Shown: piece after piece, positions 1 through 6,622 of the stretch | Position numbering within the stretch: position 1 is the stretch's first letter | Layout: every line of letters begins with the position of its first letter | From: Candidatus Woesearchaeota archaeon | Lineage (GTDB): Archaea > Nanobdellota > Nanobdellia > Nanobdellales > CAZNIQ01 | Direction of reading: 5' to 3' | Assembly: GCA_964573185.1 (NCBI GenBank) | Contig: CAZNIQ010000015.1 | Span: forward strand, 7,250 to 17,108 | DNA length: 9,859 nt | Notes under the pieces: model-generated | The model's database searches: none | Seen by the model: only the letters and a program-made list of their open reading frames with translations | What the model was told of the DNA's origin: nothing | Program-made: the position numbers and the translations under genes

Positions 1-191
1 TATTTTTTAGCAAGCTCAACAGCTTTCAATTTTATTTATAAGTTTTAATAATTCTTCAAATAACTCTAATTTATCTTTATATTTTTATAATCTTCTTAAT
101 TCGTGTGTTTTAGAGAAATATCCTATTAAAGCTAAAATATACTTCAGAAGTAATTGGATGGCTTGCTCCAAAAGAACTAAAGCTCAATCAT

Positions 192-213
192 AAAAACCCC
201 TTATTATAAAAAA
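192..213 (-). terminator. Possible oligo-T termination tracts downstream of rpl24e
   Basis: On the minus strand there is a T6 run (plus-strand A6 at 208-213), about 57 nt after the L24e stop at 270-272. A T5 run follows (plus-strand A5 at 192-196). Archaeal RNA polymerase terminates at oligo-T. There is no supporting structure, so this is positional only. Confidence 0.25.
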
Positions 214-269
214 TTTGCTCCTTCAAAAGCTTGGATAGCTCGCTCTTCGAATAACTCTTATTTCTTCCT

Positions 270-461
270 TCACCTCTTAATACCTCCTTTTACGTAATGT
301 TTAGTCCACTTTAGTTTTCTAGGATCCCTTCCTAGTTCCCAATTTCTTAAACACTTATGAGAACAGAAATATAATACGGTTCCATCGTTTTTTACATACA
401 TTATTCCTGTCCCTGGTTCAATTTCTTCTCCACAGAATGAACAAACTAATTTGGTTACCAT
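270..461 (-). CDS. rpl24e: 50S ribosomal protein L24e
   Basis: The 63-aa product is [54 protein letters not shown]. It has the L24e zinc-ribbon pattern C-x2-C ... C-x3-C and the conserved GTG.MYVK.DG....FCS.KC and R.PRKLKWT blocks. The ATG at 459-461 lies 1 nt after the S28e stop (TAA, 463-465), the typical S28e-L24e coupling. Confidence 0.93.
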
Positions 462-462
462 T

Positions 463-762
463 TTATCTTACTTTAGCTTCTATTGGCCTAGCTTCTATTT
501 CAGTATCTCTTAACATTACTATATCTCCTACTCTCACCGGTCCCTTTATGTTTCTTCTTAGGATTCTTCCAGCATGTGGCCCTGCTAATACCTTCACTCT
601 TACTTGTGTAGCTTCTCCGGTCATTCCAGTTCTCCCTATGATTTCTATAACCTCTGCAGGATAAGCTGGTGACCATATAACTTTGTTTCCTTGAACAACA
701 TTAGATTTTGTTTCTTTCACACCCTTTGCTTCTTGAGTTTTATCAACAGTTTTTTTAGGCAT
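463..762 (-). CDS. rps28e: 30S ribosomal protein S28e with a ~30-aa Lys-rich N-terminal extension
   Basis: The C-terminal ~68 aa ([61 protein letters not shown]) match the S28e signature PAEV..I.GRTG.TGE.TQV.V......GR...RN.KGPVR.GD...L.....EAR. The only in-frame ATG is at 760-762. I see no GTG or TTG between it and the conserved core. Confidence 0.92.
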
Positions 763-784
763 GAGACTTAATAAGAGAATTAAC

Positions 785-793
785 TTTTAAAAA
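785..793. promoter_or_regulatory. Putative shared TATA-like element (TTTTAAAAA) for divergent rps28e and aglB
   Basis: The 50-bp divergent gap spans 763-812. The near-palindromic A/T box is centred at about 789, which is ~27 nt from the rps28e ATG (762) and ~24 nt from the aglB ATG (813). That matches archaeal TATA-to-start spacing for leaderless mRNAs. Neither gene has an SD-like motif. Confidence 0.4.
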
Positions 794-812
794 TTAGATG
801 TTATGAACGTTA

Positions 813-3383
813 ATGCGTGTAAATAAGGAACTACTAATAGAGATCTTAATTATTATTTTGATTGCAATTACAGCTTTCTTCTCAAAGTCTTTGAATCTAA
901 ATTCTTTACTACCTTTGGAATTAATAGGTCCAGATCCTTATCTTGCTTTCAGATACTTACAAGAATTAGTAGCCTTTGGAAAAATAACTGTTCCTGATTG
1001 TTTAAGATATTACCCTTTATGTGCTGGAATAGATAAGAAGTTTCTAGTTACGGTTTACGTATCGTACTTTATCTACAAATTAACACATCTTTCCTTAGAT
1101 TTCATTGCCAAAATATTTTCACCCTTGATGTTTGCTATTTCTGCAATAATATTTTACTTTCTCTCTAAAGAAATCTCCAAAGATAGAAACCTTGCTTTAT
1201 TATCTACTCTTGTTTTTATTTTGATACCTGCAATAACTACTAGAATTAATGCTGGATTGTTTGAAAAAGAGCCGGCAGCTTTGCCATTTATCCTTTTATC
1301 ATTTTATCTATTGCTAAAAGCTATAAAAGAAACTAATATTAAATTAAAAGCAATTTATTATATTCTTCTAGGAGTTTCCATACTTATACTTCAATTTGCT
1401 TGGGGAGGTTGGAGGTTCGTACCGATGGTTATTGGATTGTCCATATTTCTATATTGGTTTATTACAGGAAAATATGATTGGTTTTATGCTTTATCATTTA
1501 TATGGTTTTTGAATGCATCTAGATTAGGAACTGCTGAAATAATATATACTTTACCATTAGTTTACGCTATTCTTTTATATTTAATTGGAAAATACAAAAA
1601 ATATTTTGAATTTTTGAAAGTGGACGATAGATTAAAACCAATAATCTTTTTATCCATACCCGCTTTAGTTTTCTTACATTCAAAGATATCTTACGTAGCA
1701 TCTAATCCTTGGACAGAAAGATTCGCATCTTCGGTTGCAGAGCAACAAATTACAACATTTAGAGATTGGTTACAGACGATAGGATCTTTCGGTTTAAGCT
1801 TGTATGCTTTAGGAATGGCTATGTTATTATATACCAAAGCTAAAAGATTTTATGAAAAAATATTAGCATTTATTTTACCATTTACATATGTCTTCGTTAC
1901 AATTTACTTTCCAGAAGTCTTATTCGGCTGGCTATTCTTTTTCTTAATTGTTTTATACTATCTTCACTTAGCATTTAAAGAAAAAACAGATATTTATGAA
2001 ATATTCCTATTGGTCCTTTCTGGTTTAGGATTGTCTATCGGAGATTACATAATAAGATTAGTATTCTATACGGGGCTAGCTTTACCTTTAATTCTAATAC
2101 CACTGCTTAAAGAAATTAGAACAACATTTAATGAAAAAATAGAAAAAATATTAATGATCGTTGGACTTTTTGTTGCAGCAGTTCAACTTTTAATGATAAA
2201 TAAAACGTTAAAACTCTTCCAACCATTATTACTAATATTCTTATCAATTCCCCTAATTCTTTTCTATTTAAACTATAACAAAAAAGGATTTTCTGTAAAA
2301 TATTTGCTTGTAATTTTATTAGCTTTTGGATTCCCAAATATTTCTTTAGGCTATCTTTCTTCTTTAATCCAGTCTAAATTTATGAGGGGTGATATTATTT
2401 GGCTAGAGGCTGGAAAATGGATTAGAGATAATACAGAGTCTAATGCTGTTTTTGCTTCATGGTGGGATTATGGATATTACATTCAAACTCTAGGAAATAG
2501 AACTACTTTTGTAGATCCTGGAAACGCTTATCCATATTGGAATCATTTAGTAGGAAGATATATTTTGTGTGGCAATGAAACAACGGCCTTAGAATTATTA
2601 TACGTTCATACGGATAACTTTACAAGGCCCTCCTATTTAGTTATAGATCCCACGGACATAGGAAAGTTCTACCAATTCTCCAGATTAGGTTCAGATTCGA
2701 AATATGATAAGCATTCTTGGATTTCGCCGGTGCAATTAGCAAACATGCAGAATAATACACTAACTTATGCAACGTCCTTTATGCTTGATCAAGATATCTA
2801 TAACGTTCCGAGGTGCATTCCAGATTGGGGTATATTACCTGAAATAGAAAGAACTCTTTACGGATTTTATGTAAAGAATTGTGGCTTAATACCAAGAATA
2901 GATTTAATTTTGGATAACGGTACAATTAAGGACGGATATGTTTACTTATTATATCAAGATAAAGTGTATAAAATTAAGTTAAAATGTGTTGCAATTGTAA
3001 ATCCATTAGCAAACGATATTCAAAAAACAATAATTAGCAATAATGGATTCGGATGCTTATATTTAGTACCGAAATGTAATGCAAAGAATTATTTAGATTG
3101 GATATCACAAGGATACTTTATATCAAATAAAGCTCTTAACTACCTATGGATAAAATTATATTTCTTTAATGAAGGAGGACACTTCAAGTTGGTACATCAA
3201 ATTAATCCAATGTGCTGGTATAATGGTTTGCAAACCTTGAAAATATTTAAGGTAATTTATCCAGAAAACTTTACAATAGATCCTTATAAATACTGTTTGT
3301 TTTTAGCAAGAAATCTTAAGGAAGTGAATGAATGTGCCAAAAAGTTTAATAAACCTATATTTAGAACATTCTGGGATGTATAA
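813..3383 (+). CDS. aglB: Dolichyl-phosphooligosaccharide-protein glycotransferase (archaeal oligosaccharyltransferase AglB, STT3 family)
   Basis: The product is 856 aa with a polytopic N-terminal half. Family motifs found:
- WWDYG at residues 550-554 (nt 2460-2474).
- EL1 acidic motif GPDPYLAFRY (D41).
- Second acidic motif RINAGLFEKEPAA (E151-x-E153, nt 1263-1271), aligned to the STT3 AGSYDNEGIA position.
- EL5 motif SVAE (residues 307-310, nt 1731-1742).
- DK-type motif DIGKFYQF (residues 615-622, nt 2655-2678). Confidence 0.93.
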   Translation: MRVNKELLIEILIIILIAITAFFSKSLNLNSLLPLELIGPDPYLAFRYLQELVAFGKITVPDCLRYYPLCAGIDKKFLVTVYVSYFIYKLTHLSLDFIAKIFSPLMFAISAIIFYFLSKEISKDRNLALLSTLVFILIPAITTRINAGLFEKEPAALPFILLSFYLLLKAIKETNIKLKAIYYILLGVSILILQFAWGGWRFVPMVIGLSIFLYWFITGKYDWFYALSFIWFLNASRLGTAEIIYTLPLVYAILLYLIGKYKKYFEFLKVDDRLKPIIFLSIPALVFLHSKISYVASNPWTERFASSVAEQQITTFRDWLQTIGSFGLSLYALGMAMLLYTKAKRFYEKILAFILPFTYVFVTIYFPEVLFGWLFFFLIVLYYLHLAFKEKTDIYEIFLLVLSGLGLSIGDYIIRLVFYTGLALPLILIPLLKEIRTTFNEKIEKILMIVGLFVAAVQLLMINKTLKLFQPLLLIFLSIPLILFYLNYNKKGFSVKYLLVILLAFGFPNISLGYLSSLIQSKFMRGDIIWLEAGKWIRDNTESNAVFASWWDYGYYIQTLGNRTTFVDPGNAYPYWNHLVGRYILCGNETTALELLYVHTDNFTRPSYLVIDPTDIGKFYQFSRLGSDSKYDKHSWISPVQLANMQNNTLTYATSFMLDQDIYNVPRCIPDWGILPEIERTLYGFYVKNCGLIPRIDLILDNGTIKDGYVYLLYQDKVYKIKLKCVAIVNPLANDIQKTIISNNGFGCLYLVPKCNAKNYLDWISQGYFISNKALNYLWIKLYFFNEGGHFKLVHQINPMCWYNGLQTLKIFKVIYPENFTIDPYKYCLFLARNLKEVNECAKKFNKPIFRTFWDV

Positions 3384-4380
3384 AATACTAGTATCTTTAA
3401 TACCTCTTCTAATTTCTTTTTTCACAACGTATTATCTAGTTAAAAAATGGATACCCGTTGCAAAAGAGTTTGGCTTAGTGGGAAAAGATATGCATAAATT
3501 AGATAAAAGAGAAGTTGCAGAGTCTGGTGGCATTTGGGTAATAATTGGAATTACTTTTGGTTTATTGTTTTACGTTTTTCTAAAGAAATATATCTTAAAT
3601 ACTGAAACGCATTTAGTAGAAATCCTATCTATAATTATTATTGCTTTGTTATCTGGACTGCTTGGTTTTATTGATGATTTGCTCGGTTGGAAAAAAGGAT
3701 TAAAACCTTGGCAAAAACCTTTATTTACACTACCTATTGCCTTACCTTTAGTTGTTATAAAAGCTGGCTACACAAAAATAACTCTACCATTTATTGGAAC
3801 AATAGATTTGGGTTTGCTATACCCTTTAGTTTTAGTTCCTGTTGGTATTATGGGTGCTGCAAATGGATTTAATATGATTGCAGGATATAACGGTTTAGAG
3901 GCATTGATGGGCATTGTTTTATTCTTCTTCTTATTTCTAAAGTTTTATGAATTAAAATATTACTGGCTTGCATACATCTCTTTAATAATAATTTTTTCTT
4001 TATTAGCTTTCTTTTATTTTAATAAATATCCTGCAAAAGTATTCCCAGGCGATTCATTAACCTACTCTATAGGAGCTTTATATGCTTCCTTAGTAATTTT
4101 AGGTAATATCGAAAAATACGGTGTTTTACTGTTTTCCTTATATTTCTTAGAGTTGCTCTTATTTATAAGAGGATTGCTAAATGGAGTATACAAAGAAAAC
4201 TTTGGAAAAGTTCAACCCGACGGTTCTCTTATAGAACCATATGATAAAATTTATTCAGTAACACATTTAGCTATCAGGATATTAAGGAAAATTAAAGGTA
4301 AGGTATATGAATGGGAAGTTGTATATTTTATTGTAGGACTACAAATTTTAATAGGGGCTGTGGTTTATTTACTAACGTGA
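3376..4380 (+). CDS. aglH: UDP-GlcNAc:dolichyl-phosphate GlcNAc-1-phosphate transferase (AglH, Alg7/DPAGT1-like, MraY/WecA superfamily)
   Basis: This is a polytopic membrane protein with GFIDDLLGWKKG (DD Mg-binding motif), NGFNMIAGYNGLE (Alg7/DPAGT1-type N..N..AG.NGLE) and FPGDSLTYSIGA.

I prefer the start at ATG 3376 (MYKILVSLIPLL...). TM1 then begins immediately, as in the family, and the gene overlaps the aglB stop by 8 nt (ATGTATAA). The alternative is ATG 3328, the ORF-track start. It is preceded by the SD-like AAGGAAGTGA and would overlap aglB by 56 nt. Confidence 0.85.
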   Translation: MYKILVSLIPLLISFFTTYYLVKKWIPVAKEFGLVGKDMHKLDKREVAESGGIWVIIGITFGLLFYVFLKKYILNTETHLVEILSIIIIALLSGLLGFIDDLLGWKKGLKPWQKPLFTLPIALPLVVIKAGYTKITLPFIGTIDLGLLYPLVLVPVGIMGAANGFNMIAGYNGLEALMGIVLFFFLFLKFYELKYYWLAYISLIIIFSLLAFFYFNKYPAKVFPGDSLTYSIGALYASLVILGNIEKYGVLLFSLYFLELLLFIRGLLNGVYKENFGKVQPDGSLIEPYDKIYSVTHLAIRILRKIKGKVYEWEVVYFIVGLQILIGAVVYLLT

Positions 4381-4400
4381 TGAGAGGCATGCATGCAGAA

Positions 4401-5693
4401 CTAATGACGAAAAACCCGGGACCTGAGAATATAATATCCTACAGCTAAAGATGTTACCCAAGCAATTATTGTAGCATATACAGCTCCTATTAAACCAATT
4501 TTTTGTATTAAAAAATAATCTGCAATAGCATTTACAATTGCCGAAATAAAAATTACTAAAGCAGAATATTCGGGATAACCTTTCATGTTAAAAATCAGAA
4601 TTGGAAAAGCAAAGGAATTTAAAATTATTAAGAAACTTAAAACTCGAATCAATGGCAAAGCACCTAAATAATCCTTACCATAAATAAATAGAATTATCCA
4701 TTCTGAAAATAAATTAAAAATAAAAAATATAGGAATAGAAATAAGAATGTTAATTAAAATGAATATAAATAATTTCTTTTTTATATAGCTTATATCCCAT
4801 TTTGCGAACCTAGGGGCTAATATACCTTGAATACCAGAAAAAAGGAGAACGGTATTTATTAAGGCAAAAGACACTCTATAGTAACTAACACTTTTAGGAT
4901 CTAATAAAGATGCTATTATTAATGAATCCAACCAATTATACAAGCTTCTTCCAGCTGTTAAAAGATTTACAAAAAACAGATAACGTAAGACTTCTTTTTT
5001 ATCTATCTTGAAATTTGTTTTTTGAAAAAGAAAGGAGAAGTTCTTCTTTATTAAATATATACTTATTAAAATTAGAAGAAAGTAAGCGATGTTAAATCCC
5101 ATAATAGATCCAAGAACTCCCAAAAAATATGACAAAGAAATTATAAAAAATACTTTCAATAGTCCCTCTAAGAAAGCAAGATTTCTTCCTAGATCGAACC
5201 TCTTAAAAGCTTGGAATACGGATCTTAAGGTAGAATTAAAGATAAATAAGATAGCTAATGTAAATGATAAAAAAATCAATACCGGATATCTCTCTTTTAA
5301 GAATATCAATGATAGAGATTTCCAGAGAAAAAAGTAAGATAGTAGAATAATAAAAGAGCTTAAAAATAACAATTTTATGAAAAACTTAAAATAAACCGGT
5401 TGTTTATCCTTTTCGACTGAAGCTAAATATCTTACTATTGCAATAGGAACTCCCAAATCTCCTATCGATGCTATTAAAAGTGACAGAGACAACAAAATTG
5501 TATACATGCCGTATCCAGAGGGTCCCAAAATTCTTGCTAGAAGAATGGTTAAAATCAAACTAGATAATTTAAAAAGAAAATTTCCTAACTTTTCATTTAT
5601 AAAATCCCAGAAAATTTTTTTCTTGAGAATATCAGCAATGCCTTGCCTCCTCATTCCTCGGGTAACTCTGACCTTCATCACTTTTAAAGACAT
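4401..5693 (-). CDS. Oligosaccharide/polysaccharide flippase, MOP superfamily (Wzx/Polysacc_synt family)
   Basis: The product is 430 aa and highly hydrophobic with many TM segments. The N-terminal block LSSLILTILLARILGPSGYGMYTILLSLSLLIASIGDLGVPIAIVRYLA matches the Polysacc_synt signature (LAR.LGP..YG ... DLG...A..R). The C-terminal GLIGAVYATIIAWV is typical of the family.

The start is ambiguous among ATG 5693, 5678 (MKVRV) and 5654 (MRRQGIADILKKK). The gene is convergent with aglH, with a 20-bp gap. Confidence 0.82.
   Translation of the reverse strand: MSLKVMKVRVTRGMRRQGIADILKKKIFWDFINEKLGNFLFKLSSLILTILLARILGPSGYGMYTILLSLSLLIASIGDLGVPIAIVRYLASVEKDKQPVYFKFFIKLLFLSSFIILLSYFFLWKSLSLIFLKERYPVLIFLSFTLAILFIFNSTLRSVFQAFKRFDLGRNLAFLEGLLKVFFIISLSYFLGVLGSIMGFNIAYFLLILISIYLIKKNFSFLFQKTNFKIDKKEVLRYLFFVNLLTAGRSLYNWLDSLIIASLLDPKSVSYYRVSFALINTVLLFSGIQGILAPRFAKWDISYIKKKLFIFILINILISIPIFFIFNLFSEWIILFIYGKDYLGALPLIRVLSFLIILNSFAFPILIFNMKGYPEYSALVIFISAIVNAIADYFLIQKIGLIGAVYATIIAWVTSLAVGYYILRSRVFRH
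5682..5689 (+). promoter_or_regulatory. Putative TATA-like box (TTTTAAAG) for trmI
   Basis: The box is centred ~27 nt upstream of the trmI ATG at 5713. There is no SD. It lies inside the longest version of the divergent flippase ORF. Confidence 0.35.
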
Positions 5694-5702
5694 TTACAGA
5701 AG

Positions 5703-5711
5703 TTATTTAAA
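5703..5711 (-). promoter_or_regulatory. Putative TATA-like box (minus strand TTTAAATAA) for the flippase gene
   Basis: The box is centred at ~5707. That is ~29 nt upstream of the minus-strand ATG at 5678 but only ~14 nt from the ATG at 5693. This favours 5678 as a leaderless start. Confidence 0.3.
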
Positions 5712-5712
5712 G

Positions 5713-6492
5713 ATGAAGAAAAACTCCGCAACTGAGAATGATGAAAAGAGGGTCGTCAGATTGTTAATCCATCTAAAATCCGGTAAAAAATTTATCGTTA
5801 AAACTGGCAAAGATTTCAATACTAATTTTGGTTTAATTAAAAAAGATGATTTAGAAAGGATAAATACTGTAATCAAAAGTCATAAAGGGGAAGAATTTTT
5901 TATAACTGAACCCACTTTTGTAGATTTGTTAAAAAAGGTTAAGAGAGGACCGCAGACTACTCATTTCAAAGATATAGGATTTATAATTGCTTTTACCGGT
6001 TTATCTTCTGGTTGGAGGGTAGTTGAGTTAGGAACAGGATCTGGAATTTTAACAGCTTATTTAGCAAATATAGTGAAACCAAATGGTCATGTATATTCAT
6101 ATGAAATTAGAAAAGAATTTTATGAAATTGCTAAAAAGAATCTGGAGTTTTTAGGATTAGATAAATACGTTACATTAAAATTAAAGGATTGTAGGGAAGG
6201 AATAGATGAAAGAAATGTTGATATAGTTATTTCAGATTTTAGAGATCCTTGGAATGCTTTAGATCATATATATAATGCTTTAAAACCGGGTGGCTTTTAT
6301 ATTGCTTTATTTCCAAATATAACATCAGTTTATGAACTATTAAAACATATAGGAAATTACCCTTTTATTATAGAATTCATAGGGGAAGTATTTTATAGAG
6401 AATGGGTTTTTGAGGAACCAGCTCTAAGACCTAAAAATACGGGATTGGTTCACACAGAATTTATTGTTATTTCAAGAAAAATCACAAAATAG
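5713..6492 (+). CDS. trmI: tRNA (adenine-N1)-methyltransferase, TrmI/Gcd14 family (m1A57/58)
   Basis: Supporting features:
- SAM motif I, VVELGTGSGILTAYLA.
- The D..DPW catalytic-loop motif, DIVISDFRDPWNAL.
- The family's N-terminal beta domain (GKKFIVKTGKDFNTNFGLIKKDDL).
- ~260 aa when started at ATG 5713.

The ORF-track start at 5506 adds 69 aa that are antisense to the flippase gene and have no family counterpart. Confidence 0.88.
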   Translation: MKKNSATENDEKRVVRLLIHLKSGKKFIVKTGKDFNTNFGLIKKDDLERINTVIKSHKGEEFFITEPTFVDLLKKVKRGPQTTHFKDIGFIIAFTGLSSGWRVVELGTGSGILTAYLANIVKPNGHVYSYEIRKEFYEIAKKNLEFLGLDKYVTLKLKDCREGIDERNVDIVISDFRDPWNALDHIYNALKPGGFYIALFPNITSVYELLKHIGNYPFIIEFIGEVFYREWVFEEPALRPKNTGLVHTEFIVISRKITK

Positions 6493-6497
6493 TAAAG

Positions 6498-6505
6498 TTT
6501 ATTAA
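6498..6505 (+). promoter_or_regulatory. Putative TATA-like box (TTTATTAA) for the Tat-signal ORF
   Basis: The box is centred ~25 nt upstream of ATG 6527, within the 34-bp gap after trmI. There is no SD-like motif. Confidence 0.3.
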
Positions 6506-6526
6506 GATTATCGTTATCACTATGTT

Positions 6527-6622
6527 ATGACATCCAATGAACCAAAGAATCCCTCCAGGAGGAGATTTTTGAAAGGGTTGTTCTTTGGTGGATTAGCAGC
6601 ATTAGTATTCCCATATGGTCTT
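6527..6622 (+). other. Twin-arginine signal peptide region (n-region, SRRRFLK motif at nt 6554-6574, h-region)
   Basis: S10-R-R-R-F-L-K16 is followed by GLFFGGLAALVF. That segment is too short for a typical TM helix, which is consistent with a signal-peptide h-region. There is no clear A-x-A cleavage site and no lipobox Cys. Confidence 0.55.

Noticed and set aside
144-191. C/D-box sRNA-like spacing on the minus strand (AUGAUUGA ... 48 nt ... CUGA) in the spacer downstream of rpl24e
   Set aside because: The putative C box has an inserted U relative to RUGAUGA. I found no internal D'/C' boxes and no terminal pairing. Short CUGA and UGA-rich strings are expected by chance in this composition.
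437-664. 75-aa plus-strand ORF with a hydrophobic-looking product
   Set aside because: It lies entirely antisense to the well-supported rps28e/rpl24e genes. It has no motif and no promoter spacing, and is best explained as a shadow ORF of an AT-rich coding region.
2128-2337. 69-aa minus-strand ORF inside aglB
   Set aside because: It is antisense to a membrane-spanning part of aglB, has low-complexity K/L/I/F composition and no recognisable motif. It is a shadow ORF.
3687-3872. 61-aa plus-strand ORF in an alternative frame of aglH
   Set aside because: It is nested out of frame within a region of aglH that carries conserved family motifs (DDLLG, NGFNMIAGYNGLE). There is no independent support.
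4387-4396. Perfect 10-bp palindrome GCATGCATGC, conspicuously GC-rich, in the 20-bp convergent gap between aglH and the flippase gene
   Set aside because: With no loop it cannot form a useful hairpin. It occurs once, and I know of no binding site with this sequence. It may be a chance feature or a restriction-type palindrome, and is not enough for a regulatory call.
5089-5337. 82-aa plus-strand ORF inside the flippase gene
   Set aside because: It is antisense to a continuous, family-typical TM region of the flippase. Its Lys/Asn-rich translation is typical of the reverse frame of hydrophobic AT-rich genes.
5506-5712. 69-aa N-terminal extension of the trmI ORF as given in the track (start at 5506)
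   Set aside because: The extension overlaps the flippase 5' region on the opposite strand and has no counterpart in TrmI/Gcd14 proteins. ATG 5713 has a correctly spaced TATA-like box and gives the normal ~260-aa size.
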